Origin: Eledone cirrhosa | Lineage: Eukaryota | NCBI GenBank assembly: GCA_964016885.1 | Contig: OZ024742.1 | Span: 324,632,001 to 324,696,000, forward strand | DNA: 64,000 nt | Reading direction: 5' to 3' | Shown here: piece after piece, positions 13,641 to 26,896 of the stretch | How positions within the stretch are numbered: the stretch's first letter is position 1 | How the letters are laid out: each line of letters starts with the position of its first letter | Notes under the pieces: generated by a model | The model's input: the letters and a program-made list of their open reading frames with translations, nothing else | Databases searched by the model: none | What the model was told of the DNA's origin: nothing | Made by a program: the position numbers and the translations under genes

Positions 13641-14006
13641 AATTGCTTCTACTTTTGACACAAGGCCAGCAATTACCCCAGTGCGTTACTGGTACTTTAT
13701 TTTATCGACCCCGTAAGGATGAAAGGCAAAGTTAACCTAGACGGGAGTTGAACTCAGAACGTAAAGGGCCATGACTCTATGCTGCAAACCATGTTGTCTA
13801 ACGCTCTACCGATACTGCCATAATAATAATAATTGTTTCTACTATTGGCACAAGGCCAGCAATTATCCCAGTGCATTACTGGTACATTATTTTATCGAAC
13901 CCGTAAGGATGAAAGGAAAAGTTAACCTCGGCGGGATTTGAAATCAGAATAGCAAGTCTATGCGTCAAAGCATGGCGTCTGACCCTCTACCGATACTGCC
14001 AATCCA
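13641..14006 (-). mobile_element. two tandem near-full-length copies of the Nin/Deu-like tRNA SINE
   Basis: 13641-13820 and 13830-14006 each have the head GGCAGTATCGGTAGAG, B-box, core and GAAACAATT-type tail. Confidence 0.9.
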
Positions 14007-14022
14007 CATAATAATAATAATG

Positions 14023-14090
<68 letters not shown>

Positions 14091-14094
<4 letters not shown>

Positions 14095-15692
14095 TTGGAC
14101 TAGATAAATGCGCCAAAGCAACGTTCACCAGAGGAAAGCTGCTGAAGAGTTCGGACATTAATCTTGATCGGGGGAACGTGATAAGAGAACTTGATCAAGA
14201 AAAAACTTACACATATCTAGGTGTTTGTGAAGGAGACGGAATCAAGCACTCGACAATGAGGGAAAGGATAAGGAAGGAATGTTACCGCAGAGTAAGAGCA
14301 ATCTTAAGAACGGAATTGAATGCAAGGAATAGGATCGATGCCATAAACACGCTTGCCATACCAGTAGTAACCTACAGTTACAATGTCATCAACTGGTCAA
14401 GCACAGAGATCCGTAGGCTCGATACAAAAATTCGAAAATTCTTAACCATGCACAGAATGCATCACCCTAAGGCAGATACAGATAGAATATATCTCCCTAG
14501 GAAAGAAGGAGGACGTGGGTTAATCCAGTTAGACATTGCGTTGAAAACTGCAACAATTGGATTATCTACATATCTAAGGGAATCACATGATTGGATGATC
14601 AAACTCGTTTTGAAACACGAAAGCATCAAAATATCATATTCCATTACAAAAGATGCACAAAGATACAGTAATGGACTACAAATTTCAGAAGTCCCATTTA
14701 CTGCTGAAATGGAAAACACAGAAAAAGCAAAGCAGGTAAAAGTAACTGCAAAGAAAGAACTGCTACAGAAACTGGCTAAGAAATGGCAAGAAAAGCCTCT
14801 GTATGGAAAATACCCAGAACGAGCTAACAATCCTGATGTTGACAAAACTTTAACCCATCAGTGGTTGGCATCCTCTGGACTGAAATCGGAGACTGAAGGA
14901 CTGATTATATCAGCACAAGATCAGTGTCTACCAACAAAAAATTACCAAGCCAACATAATAAAAAATGGATGCAGCCCATTATGCCGTGTATGCAAAAAAC
15001 AACCAGAGACCATTGACCATATAATTTCAATGTGCAGTCCTATAGCTCCAACCGAATACCTAAACAGGCATGACAGAGCTGCACAATACATACATTGGAT
15101 AATGTGTAAGCATTTTGACCTGCCCCATCAAAAGAATTGGTGGGAGCATCAACCACCGCCCATACTTGAAAAAGATCACATCTCAATCTTGTGAAACTTT
15201 AGCATCCAAACAGACCGAAAATTAGATGCAAATAGACCTGATATAATATTGAAGGACTTTAAAAAGAGGGTATGCCTGCTAATTGATATGTCCGTCCCAA
15301 TAGACAAGAATGTATCTGTAAAAACATTTGAAAAATTGAGAAAGTATAAGGACCTGGAGATAGAAATTTGAAAAATGTGGATATTGAGAACTAAAACAAT
15401 ACCAGTGGTTGTAGGCGCTCTGGGAATGATATCTAAGGGGTCTAATGATTACTTATCGCAAATCCCAGGAAACCCGCGTATAGGAGAAATACAAAAGATA
15501 GTACTAATGGGAACTGCCCATATACTAAGGAAGATTCTGTCAATATAAGTACATCACAAGTCTAAACACTAAAGATGCATGTGTGAGTATGTATGTTCTT
15601 TCTTGAACATGGCGGACCTTGTTGTCTCTTGAGGTCACTGGTTGTGACTTGGTGATAACTCGTATGAACATAAAGCAAGATAAATGCAACTG
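14091..15692 (+). mobile_element. 5'-truncated R4/Dong-clade LINE, family A (RT end, CCHC finger, restriction-like endonuclease); pseudogenised
   Basis: EFGLDKCAK, YTYLG, RIYLPRKEGGRGL, CRVC..ETIDHI..C, RHD, RPDI..IDMSVP..K..KY.DL, IPVVVGALG. Two in-frame TGA stops. (TAA)n on both sides. Confidence 0.93.
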
Positions 15693-15713
15693 TAATAATA
15701 ATAATAATAATAA

Positions 15714-16822
15714 TAGGAAGCTATTGACTATCTACAACGTAGGAAGCTATTGACTATCTACAACATGTTCCACAAGAGGAGTGATGTCGATAGACTCTAC
15801 TTAAGGAGATCTGAAGGTGGAAGAGGTCTTATCAGCATAGAAGACTGTGTTCAGATGGAGAAAAACAACTTTCACAAATACGTGACTGATAGTAAGGAGC
15901 CAATGCTCAGAACTGTACTGAAGGAGGAGACAATAGGCCAGGGGATGTCCAAGGAGGAAATAACATCAAGGAGAAAGGGCAGCCTTCAGGAAAAATCCCT
16001 TCATAGTACCTTCTTTGAGAAAACTGAATTTAGAGATCCACAGACATGGAACTGATTGAAAAGAGGAGACCTTAAAAAGGCTACAGAAGGAATGTTAATG
16101 GCTGCGCAGGAGCAGGCCTTCAAAACGAAGTGGTTGAAACACCATATTTACAAGGAGGAGGCTAACCCACTGTGCAGGATCTGTGGAGAGAGAGAGGAGA
16201 CTGTGGCTCACATTGCATCCGAGTGTAAACACCTAGCCCAGACTCACTATAAGGGCTGGAGACATGATGTGATGGGCAGGGTGATCCACTGGCACCTATG
16301 CAAAGTAAACAATTTACCACATTCTGAGAAGTGGTATGAGCATAAGCCAGAGGCGGTGATAGAAAACGATCAGGTGAAGGTGCTGTGGGATTTTAGGATA
16401 CAGACGGACAAGAAACTGGAACACAATAAACCTGACCTGGTGGTTGTGGACAAAGAAAAAAGATCGTGCCTGATTGTGGATGTGGCCTGCCCATTCGACA
16501 CGAGAGTGCAAGACAAGGAGAGGCAGAAAATTAACCGATACCAGGACTTAAAGTGGGAGGTAAAAAGGATTTGGAACTGCCATGAAGTCAAAGTGATCCC
16601 GATTGTCATAGGCGCACTAGGTACTATCTCAAAAAGTTTCCAGGGATGGTTAAAGAAAATTGGCCCCTTCACGCTTTTTGGAACGCTTCAAAAGGCATGC
16701 TTGCTGGGAATAGCAAGAACCCTCCGATACGTCCTGAATATCTGAGGCTGCAGGTAGTGGATTGATATTCATTTCAACAAACTTTCCAGTTAACTAACAT
16801 CAATGACTGAGACTCAAAGAGT
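15714..16822 (+). mobile_element. 5'-truncated R4/Dong-clade LINE, family B, copy 1
   Basis: CRIC..ETVAHIASEC, RHD, KPDLVVVD..VDVACP, IPIVIGALG. Premature TGA at 16053. 26-bp tandem duplication at the 5' junction. Flanked by (TAA)n. Confidence 0.93.
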
Positions 16823-16929
16823 AATAACAATAATAATAATAATAATAATAATAATTCAAACATTACATTACAATGAAACTTATGATTATTCTTTTTTTTT
16901 TTTAACCTATTTGTTTGTTTGTTTATTTA

Positions 16930-19900
16930 TGTTCGTCTACAGCGTGATATTGCCACACACAAATCACCGGGAGTGATGAAATCACGGGTGGTTATGTAAC
17001 CATACATTCACCAATCCTCGATAAGGGTGTTTAAATGTCGAACCTAAACAGTTCGAATAACGGTGAAGTGGAGACTGGAATGTCATGTGACAGACTCTCA
17101 CCCAGCAGGTGCTCCCTGACTCAGCAGCAGGGACCTGGCTGTCAACCAAATACTGCTGGTGTCGGAGGAAGAAGAAGAAGGAAAGGGACCAGAACCAACT
17201 GGAAGAAAGAATTGAATAGAACTGTTATGCAATGTTACCTGAAGTGTAACACCAAGGAGAAAGGCTATAGGAAACGGATGCATAACATCTGGAACGAGAT
17301 TGGTCTATTTAAATTAGATGAACAAAAAATGGCCGGGCAGGCTCGGGTAATAAGAACTAATGGGTGGATAAGCGAGCTGGAACTGGAGGAACTGAGCAGA
17401 GAGATTAGGTTGGAAATGGAGAGTGGAGTATGCCAGGCAAATGAGCCAGTGGGAAATGAAGGTGAAGAGGTTGAGAGAACGGAGGAACCATCCGAAGCAG
17501 ACAATGATCTGAATGCTGAAATAAATAATACCTGGAACAAAGATACGGCCATTGAGGAGATGAATGCTGACGGGCTAGGACAAGATTTGGTTGATATCCT
17601 AAACTTATGGTAGATAAATTGAACAATGATAGTGGGAAACCTATGAACCCAAGATTTGTAGACAGGAAAAAGTTAAAAGAAACAACAGCTAAGGTAAACA
17701 AAGTCATCCCATACCTTGAGGCGAGGAGCCTTCACCAGTGCAACAATATCCTCAAAGCAACAGCATATGCGGTTAGGAAATTACTTGGCATAAAAGCGAG
17801 AGGAAACAACAAACAAGAAAGATCAGAGCCTTGGTGGAAGAAACGACTGAATGGTTAAATCAGCGAAATGAGCAATGACATTGGAAAGCTTGAGTCCCTA
17901 CTGAATGGGACACTAAAAAACATAGACACTAAAAATAGACTGGAAATAAAGTACAAAACTAGGAGGAAAAAGCTAAATATTATCATAGAGGAACTGAAGC
18001 AACGCATTGTAGCAAAGAGTGCAAAAATTAGGCGATACGAGAGCAGAGTCAGTCAGTATAGACAGAACCGCATGTTTGACAACAACCAGAAGATGCTGTT
18101 TGGACAGCATGAAGGGAAAGAAAGAAGCAACGACTTGATCCCTGAGGCGGAACAAACTAAGACCTTCTGGAGAGGAATATGGGAGCAGGATGTTAAACAT
18201 AATGACCAGGCAGTGTGGATTGAGACAGTACAAAAGGAGATTAGTGAACAGGCACACGAACAAACTGATTTGAGTATCACAGTTGAAACTCTTAAGGGGC
18301 AGGCCAAAAAACTAACCAACTGGAAATCACCAGGCCCAGATGGTGTGCAGGGGTATTGGATTAAAAATATAACATCCCTCCACCCGAAACTGACAACCAT
18401 GTTCAATGACTGCTTGATGTCAGGTGAGGTACCAGAGTGGTTGACAAAAGGTACCACAGTTCTAGTAATGAAAGACCGAATCAAGGGTAATGATGTTACC
18501 AACTATAGACCTATCACATGTCTGTCCGTAATGTGGAAACTGTTGACAAGCATTATGTCTGAGGAAATCTACCATCACCTCCACACAAACAACTTGTTAC
18601 CAGACGAACAGAAAGGATGCCGAAAGAAGTCACGTGGTACAAAGAAGCAGTTACTTATTGATAAGATGGTAATGAGGAATTGCAAGAGGAGACACACTGG
18701 ACTTGCCATGTGATGGATAGACTACAAAAAGGCATTTGACATGGTGCCTCATTCTTGGATCACCAAAAGCCTAGAGATCTTCAAGGTGGCAGATAACATC
18801 AGACAGTTGTTGGGCAAAAGTATGAAGTCCTGGAAAACAGGGTTAACATCAGCTGGAGAATCCTTGGGAGGCGTGAAGGTCAAGAGAGGTATCTTCCAGG
18901 GAGATAGTCTGTCCCCTCTATTGTTTGTCCTTGCCCTGATGCCCCTGACCATTATACTGCGAAAAGTGAGAGCAGGATACAAGTAGGGAAAGGGAGAGCT
19001 TACCATCAATCACCTCCTCTTCATGGACGATCTTAAGCTCTTCGGGGAGAGTGAGAAGGAGTTGGATGTGCTTGTTGACACTGTCCGTATTTTCAGCAAT
19101 GATATATGTATGCAATTTGGGATTAGTAAGTGTGGAGTCCTTGTGATGAAGAGGGGTAAATTGAGCAGAAGCAACGGAATCCAGGTACAAACAGGTGAGA
19201 TGATAAAGGAAATTGACACTGAAGAAGAATACAAGTATTTGGGTGTTCTTGAGGCTGATGACATCAAGAACAAAAAAATGAAGGAATTGATAAGATCTGA
19301 ATACATTCGGAGAGTAAGTAACGTATTAAAGTCACATCTGAGCAGTAAGAATGTCATAAGTGCAGTAAATTCCCGAGTTGTGTCTATTATTAGGTACAGT
19401 GCGGGAATTCTGAGATGGAATGTTGCTGAACAAAAAGAAATGGATAGGAAGACTAGGAAGCTATTGACTATCTACAACATGTTCCACAAGAGGAGTGATG
19501 TCGATAGACTCTACTTAAGGAGATCTGAAGGTGGAAGAGGTCTTAGCAGCATAGAGGACTGTGTTCAGATGGAGAAAAACAACCTACACAAATACGTGAC
19601 TGATAGTAAGGAGCCAATGCTCAGAACTGTACTGAAGGAGAGGACAATAGACCAGGGGACGTCCAAGGAGGAAATAACAACAAAGAGAAAGAGCAGCCTT
19701 CAGGAAAAATCCCTTCATAATACCTTCTTTGAGAAAACTGAATTCAGAGATCCACAGACATGGAACTGGTTGAAAAGAGGAGACCTTAAAAAAACTACAG
19801 AAGGAATGCTAAATGCTGCGCAAGAGCAGGCCCTCAAAGCGAAGTGGTTGAAACACCATATTTACAAGGAGGAGGCTAGCCCACTGTGCAGGATCTGTGG

Positions 19901-20540
19901 AGAGAGAGAGAGAGGAGACTGTAGCTCACATTGCATCCGAGTGTAAAGACCTAGCCCAGACTCACTATAAGGGTTGGAGACATGATGTGATGGGCAGGCT
20001 GATCCTCTGGCACCTATGCAAAGTAAACAATTTACCACATTCTGAGAAGTGGTATGAGCATAAGCCAGAGTCGGTGATAGAAAACGATCAGGTGAAGGTG
20101 CTGTGGGATTTTAGGATACAGTCGGACAAGAAACTGGAACACAATAGACCTGACCTGGTGGTTGTGGACAAAGAAAAAAGATCGTGCCTGATTGTGGATG
20201 TGGCCTGCCCATTCGACAGGAGAGTGCAAGACAAGGAGAGGCAGAACATTAACCGATACCAGGACTTAAAGTGGGAGGTAAAAAGGATTTGGAACTGCCA
20301 TGAAGTCAAAGTGGTCCCGATTGTCATAGGCGCACTAGGTACTATCTCAAAAAGTTTCCAGGGATGGTTAAAGAAAATTGGCCCCTTCACGCTTTTTGGA
20401 ACGCTTCAAAAGGCATGCTTGCTGGGAACAGCAAGAACCCTCCGATACGTCCTGAATATCTGAGGCTGCAGGTAGTGGCTTGATATTCATTTCAACAAAC
20501 TTTCCAGTTAACTAACATCAATGACTGAGACTAAAAGAAC
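16930..20540 (+). mobile_element. near full-length R4/Dong-clade LINE, family B (single ORF 17035-20463 broken by stops and frameshifts)
   Basis: N-terminal R4-type block (W..ELN..VMQCY..KGYRKRM..IW..EQ..Q..I..GWISELELEEL); RT motifs KSPGPDG, YRPITCL, EQKG, WIDYKKAFD, GIFQGDSLSP, FMDD, YKYLG; CCHC finger and RLE; (TAA)n tail. Confidence 0.95.
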
Positions 20541-20576
20541 AATAATAATAATAATAATAATAAGAAGAAGAAGAAC

Positions 20577-21810
20577 TCTTCGGAGAGTAAGGAGCGTATT
20601 AAAGTCACATCAGAACAGTAGGAATGCCATAAGTGCAGTAAATTCCCGAGCTGTCTCTATTATTAGGTACAGTGCGGGAATTCTGAGATGGAATGTTTCT
20701 GAACAAAAAGAAATGGATAGGAAGACTAGGAAGCTATTGCCTATCTACAATATGTTCCACAAGAGGAGTGATGTCGATAGACTCTACTTAAGGAGATCTG
20801 AAGGTGGAAGAGGTCTTATCAGCATAGAGGACTGTGTTCAGATGGAGAAAAACAACCTACACAAATACGTGACTGATAGTAAGGAGCCAATGCTCAGAAC
20901 TGTACTGAAGGAGGGGACAATAGACCAGGGGATGCCCAAGGAGGAAATAACATCAAGGAGAAAGAGCAGCCTTCAGGAAAAATCCCTTCATAGTATCTTC
21001 TTTGAGAAAACTGAATTTAGAGATCCACAGACATGGAACTGATTGAAAAGAGGAGACCTTAAAAAGGCTACAGAAGGAATGTTAATGGCTGCGCAGGAGC
21101 AGGCCTTCAAAACGAAGTGGTTGAAACACCATATTTACAAGGAGGAGGCTAACCCACTGTGCAGGATCTGTGGAGAGAGAGAGGAGACTGTGGCTCACAT
21201 TGCATCCGAGTGTAAACAACTAGCCCAGACTCACTATAAGGGCTGGAGACATGATGTTATGGGCAGGGTGATCCACTGGCACCTATGCAAAGTAAACAAT
21301 TTACCACATTCTGAGAAGTGGTATGAGCATAAGCCAGAGGTGGTGATAGAAAACGATCAGGTGAAGGTGCTGTGGGATTTTAGGATACAGACGGACAAGA
21401 AACTGGAACACAATAAACCTGACCTGGTGGTTGTGGACAAAGAAAAAAGATCGTGCCTGATTGTGGATGTGGCCTGCCCATTCGACACGAGAGTGCAAGA
21501 GAAGGAGAGGGAGAAAATTAACCGATACCAGGACTTAAAGTGGGAGGTAAAAAGGATTTGGAACTGCCATGAAGTCAAAGTGATCCCGATTGTCATAGGC
21601 GCACTAGGGACTATCTCAAAAGGTTTCCTGGGATGGTTAAAGAAAATTGGCCCCTTCACGCTTTTTGGAACGCTTCAAAAGGCATGCTTGCTGGGAACAG
21701 CAAGAACCCTCCGATACGTCCTGAATATCTGAGGCTGCAGGTAGTGGCTTGATATTCATTTCAACACACTTGCCAGTTAACTAACATCAATGACTGAGAC
21801 TCAAAGAGTA
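20577..21810 (+). mobile_element. 5'-truncated R4/Dong-clade LINE, family B, copy 3
   Basis: Near-identical to copy 1, including the same premature TGA (21040). (TAA)n-type flanks. Confidence 0.93.
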
Positions 21811-21842
21811 ATAACACTAATAATAATAATAATAATAATATG

Positions 21843-21898
21843 ACATTCATTTCAACAAACTTTCCAGTTAACTAACATCAATGACTGAGACTCAAAGA

Positions 21899-21951
<53 letters not shown>

Positions 21952-22480
21952 GTGAGAGCAGGATACAAGTTGGGAAAGGGAGAGCTTACCATCAATCACC
22001 TCCTCTTCATGGACGATCTTAAGCTCTTCGGGAAGAGTGAGAAGGAGTTGGATGTGTTTGTTGACACTGTCCGTATTTTCAGCAATGATATATGTAAGCA
22101 ATTTGGTATTAGTAAGCGTGGAGTCCTTGTTATGAAGAGGAGTAAATGGAGCAGAAGCAATGGAATCCTGGTACCAACAGGTGAGATGATAAAGGAAATT
22201 GACACTGAAGAAGGATACAAGTATTTGGGTGTTCTGGAGGCTGATGACATCAAGAACAAAAAAATGAAGGAATTGATAAGATCTGAATACATTCGGAGAG
22301 TAAGGAGGATCGTTAAAGAAAATTGGCCCCTTCACTCTTTTTGGAACGCTTCAAAAGGCATGCTTGCTGGGAACAGCAAGAACCCTCCGATACGTCCTGT
22401 ATATCTGAGGCTGCAGGTAGTGGCTTGATATTCATTTCAACAAACTTTTCAGTTAACTAACATCAATGACTGAGACTCAA
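21843..22480 (+). mobile_element. family B 3'UTR stub (21843-21900) plus an internally deleted copy (21950-22480)
   Basis: RT segment HLLFMDD..YKYLG..SEYIRRV is joined directly to the last ~140 coding nt and 3'UTR (about 1 kb missing). Pieces are separated by (TAA)n. Confidence 0.9.
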
Positions 22481-22485
22481 ATAAC

Positions 22486-22532
<47 letters not shown>

Positions 22533-22536
<4 letters not shown>

Positions 22537-25445
22537 GATTTCATATATTAGCCCCAAGGGCCGACATATAGGGGACAATACAGAGACAGGGACAGTGGGG
22601 GTTTACAATAATGTCGAGTAAAAGTGCACAATGGCACCCTGCGCTTCTAGGGCACCCAGGGAGTGCACCCCTCTCCTCAAGTTAGCTAGCCTATAGGCGC
22701 ATGGTCAGAGTAGGCCCATTCACACTAGCCATTCTCGCCACATTCATCCACCTTTTAGCAAATGTACTGGGGGGCAGCACTTCTCTCTCCACCCTCACCT
22801 TCCTTTCCAGGTGAAACTTGAAGAAGTTGATGAGGGATTGGCCGAAGAGAAAAGTGTCTGTCTTCAGTCCTTTTAACCTGGTCCACCATATAACCTCTTT
22901 CACAACTGCCTCCAGACAGTGGAAAATTTCCTGCTCTTTCTGACCTAAGGAAGGCGGCGGATCAATCTTCACTATGGACTCGGCCGATAGCCGGATTCGT
23001 TCCACACGCGACAGTAGCTGTTCGACATAACTCCACAAGTCAGTAATGCACGGACATTGGACAAGTGCGTGCAGAACGGTTTCCTCGTTCTGTGCGCATC
23101 TTGGGCAGGTCCGTCTGACAGCACTTCCGTGCCTGTAGAGTTTATCCCGAACCGGCAGTGCCCCCCGGTAGCACTGCCAAGCGATGGATTTCTGGAAATT
23201 GTCCATCGTCCCCGGCTCGAAAGTTCTCCGGTACAGACTGGTCAGTTCGACTTCGTCGAGGCCCAAAGTTTCTCCGAGTGCGTCATCGCACTTCCCACCA
23301 CTAATCCTCTATAGAACTCGAGAGTGGAAGTTCCACTGATCGCATTGCCCGCTTGGTAGAGGGCAGTGAGTGCCTGGCAATATTCCAGATGCTCGTCACC
23401 CAGTCTCGGTCTCTTCTTGACACAGGACTGAAGCTCAGTCAAAGGAACGAGCTGCGGAAAGAACCGTCTGATAAACGGCGACCACACCTGTTCACCGTTC
23501 AGGCAGAATATCTGGAGATGTCGCAGCTTTCAGTGATAGCTTCCTCCCAGCCCATTTTTGGGTGAGACTGGCTACTCTGCTCGTTACCTCGTCCCAATTC
23601 TTTTCCACCTGGAGGTCTGGTCCGAACCAAACCCCAAGCAACCTTACCGGTCCGTCCGTCCAGGGCCCCACGACACTGTTGGACGGCACGGGCCTGCCTC
23701 TCCAGGTTCCGAGCTGCAAGGCCACCGACTTTTCCGGGTTAAGTTTGGCTCCTGTCAACTTTTCATATTCCTTCAATAAGGTGCCGACCACCGCGATTTC
23801 TGAGGTGTTCGACACCATCACGGTGATGTCGTCCGCATAAGCCGACACCGCCTTTCCACGTCCCGGTTCGAGCGGGATGCCCTGCAACAGCTCCAGTTCC
23901 CGCAGTAAAGGCTCGTGAGTCAATACGTACAGAAGGGAAGAGAGAGGGCACCATTGACGGACCGATCGGGAGAGCCGAAACGGTGTCTAGAGGTGGCCAT
24001 TAACCTTGACCATCGAGCGTGTGCCGCTGTGCATTGCAGCGAACCAGCTTCTGAAGACAGAGCCGAAGCCACTTGCTTTGAGGACAAACTCCAGATACCG
24101 ATGGTCGACCCTATCGAATGCTTTCGGTAGCACTGCCAAGCGATGGATTTCTGGAAATTGTCCATCGTCCCCGGCTCGAAAGTTCTCCGGTACAGACTGG
24201 TCAGTTCGACTTCGTCGAGGCCCAAAGTTTCTCCGAGTGCGTCATCGCACTTCCCACCACTAATCCTCTATAGAACTCGAGAGTGGAAGTTCCACTGATC
24301 GCATTGCCCGCTTGGTAGAGGGCAGTGAGTGCCTGGCAATATTCCAGATGCTCGTCACCCAGTCATGTCGCATGAGGTGGAGATTGTCGTGTATGGACCT
24401 GGTTGGTATTGCGCAAGTTTGCGCCTCCCCAACCAAATTCTCGTCGACAACCGCCAATCTCTTTGCTAACACCTTGGCCAAAATCTTAAACTCTGTGTTG
24501 AGTAGAGTTATGGGCCTGAAGTTGTCTAATGTATCCCTATTGTTCTCGTCTTTCCTTATCAGCGTCACTACTCCCCTGCTCACAGAACTGGGAATACTCC
24601 CATTCTGCTGCCAGTTGCAGTAGAGTGCTTCGAGGAAGTCGGAGAACAAGTCTGGCATATTTACGTAAAGCTCGTAGGGCAGGCCATCCAAACCGGGTGA
24701 CTCGCGCCTCATGAAGCCAACAAGGGCGTCCTGAATTTCGGCTGAAGTAATCGGCCTTTCGCAGCGCTCAGCCTCGACTGTCGAGATACGCGGCAAGCCG
24801 TCAAGGTAGGGACTGAAATCCGCTACTCTCTCTGACTTGCCACTCTCCCCGAACAACCGAGCAAAGTGCTGGCGAAAGGCCTCACACATCCGCTTGAAAT
24901 CGCTTATCTCGTGTCCGTCTCGGTTCGCTAAAGACCGAATTGTGATTTTATTACCACGCTGCGCCTCCGCCACGCGGGCCCATTGAACAGCTTTGGTTCC
25001 CTCGTTTCTCAGCGCACGCGCCTTAGCTCTGACAATGCAACCTTCCTGTTTCGCATTGAAGAAATGGTCTAATGCCATTCTCGCCACTAGCACGTCAGTT
25101 GCAATGCCACTACAAATAGCCTCGTGTAACTTATCTACCAGCTCCCCCTCCTTCCCATTTTTCTCTAACACTAGTTCTTTGCTGAACTCTATCGAAGTTA
25201 CTCTAATCTCTCTTTTGAGAGCCATCTGTTGTTGATGATGACCCCTGTCAACTTTTGCTGAACTAAATTGTTGACTCGGTCTCTGTGAGCCTTACGTGGC
25301 GGAAATGACATGTTCAGCTTCCAGTAAGCCGGTCCTAACCTACGCGTTTTATCTAGGTCGACCGTACAGATCACAAATTTTTGATCTGAATAGGCGACCG
25401 TTTTAAAAAGTGGGCAACCTACACTATTTCTATCTATTTTTCTAA
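22533..25445 (-). mobile_element. rearranged, 5'-truncated Tx1-like (L1 group) LINE ORF2
   Basis: GYWKLN, SPGLDG, FRPITLLN..KILAK, KAFDRVDH, AYADD, LLGVWF, C-terminal CPRC..ETVLHALVQC. 3' end abuts (TAA)n. Internal 240-bp duplication and deletions. Confidence 0.92.
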
Positions 25446-25467
25446 TGAAATAATAATAATAATAATA

Positions 25468-25652
25468 ATTGTTTCTACTTTTGACACAAGGCCAGCAATT
25501 AATCCAGTGTATTACTGGTACTTTATTTTATCGACCCCGTAAGGATGAAAGGCAAAGTTGACCTCAGCGGGATTTGAACTAGGTCAACTTTGCCTTTCAT
25601 CCTAACGGGGTCGATAAAATAACGTACCAGTAATACAGTGGAGTAATTGCTA
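25468..25652. mobile_element. head-to-head SINE fragments forming a fold-back
   Basis: Minus copy 25468-25580 is joined to plus copy 25581-25652 of the same core. Confidence 0.85.
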
Positions 25653-26404
25653 ATAATAATAATATATTAACTCAATACAGTTGTTTTCAACCTAAGTTTT
25701 GACAGAACACAGACATAAACAAATACACACACACATACACAGACACACACACATACACACATATATATATGTCTATATATATATATATATACACAGATAT
25801 ATATGTATGTATATATATATATATATATAGCAAACATCACCGGCGCTCTATCTCAAAATTATTTTTGAAAAGCATTAGAAATGCGCAACCGGTAAAAACT
25901 TAAATCCAAAACTGAATACTAACCAATACTATTACTAATTTTTACTTATTCCTAATTAAACTATTTTTCACTGGGAACAATTTGTCAGCATTTTCTTTTC
26001 CTTTTACCAATATATCATAACTCGTGTGTTACACCTCTATTCTTTTAAATATATATATATATATTGATGGCGCACTGCATCTCTCTCTAGTGTGTTACCT
26101 TTTCAACATATTGTATTTTAAAGTTCTCAGGATTTTCTCTCCTTTGAGCACATTATTTACAGGGAACGGCGAGAGTCTATGGCTCCGTTAATGTATCGTG
26201 ATATTTCGCTCCTTATAACAGTCTTTCCTCTCTCTCTGTTTAGTTGAGCACACTTCTCTGAGTGGTTTTGGGCTCCCCTTTTAGCAGCTCGTCCCTCAGA
26301 GGCCACTGGTTCACTGCGCTTAAACACGCTGTGATTTCTCTCTCCCACGTGTAGCTGGACGGTCGCTTTAAAAATTCTCTTAGTGTTGTCTGAAATGTAT
26401 AGCC

Positions 26405-26489
26405 TAACACACGCTGATGAACCTGGGTTATTTCATTTCTGTCAACAACTACTGGCGAAACAGATCACTTTGAATTAGTACGTGTGTTA
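26405..26489 (+). ncRNA. type I hammerhead ribozyme motif
   Basis: Stem I TAACACACG/CGTGTGTTA (9 bp), CTGATGA, imperfect stem II, GAAAC...GTA cleavage triplet (after 26480). Confidence 0.8.
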
Positions 26490-26896
26490 TATAGTTATAG
26501 AGGTATTTATTTCCGCTTTAATTTATATTTTTAATTATCGTGTCTATATTCTGCCTTTCATAGGTAATAGATGGGTTTACCGAACATTTACAAAAAACCG
26601 AACCTTATAATAAATGTTCGGTAAACCCATACGTGCATACATATATGTGTGCATGTATGTATATATATACATACTACTGTACGTCTATATACATATATGT
26701 ATGTACGTATACATACTTACATTTAAGTATCAGCCGTACTAAGACTGAGAAATGAAATTTCGTTTCATTCTTTTCCATTTATCGACTTTGGTATGCCCGA
26801 CTAACTCACTCGATATGCAAATTAGGCTGCTCAGCCATTAATATGCATAAGGAAATTATATACTTTCAAACGTTCAATCATCTGATAGGAAGGTAT

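Noticed and set aside
16950-17035. Hairpin in the R4 5'UTR as a possible HDV-like ribozyme
   Set aside because: Could not build the nested double pseudoknot by eye.
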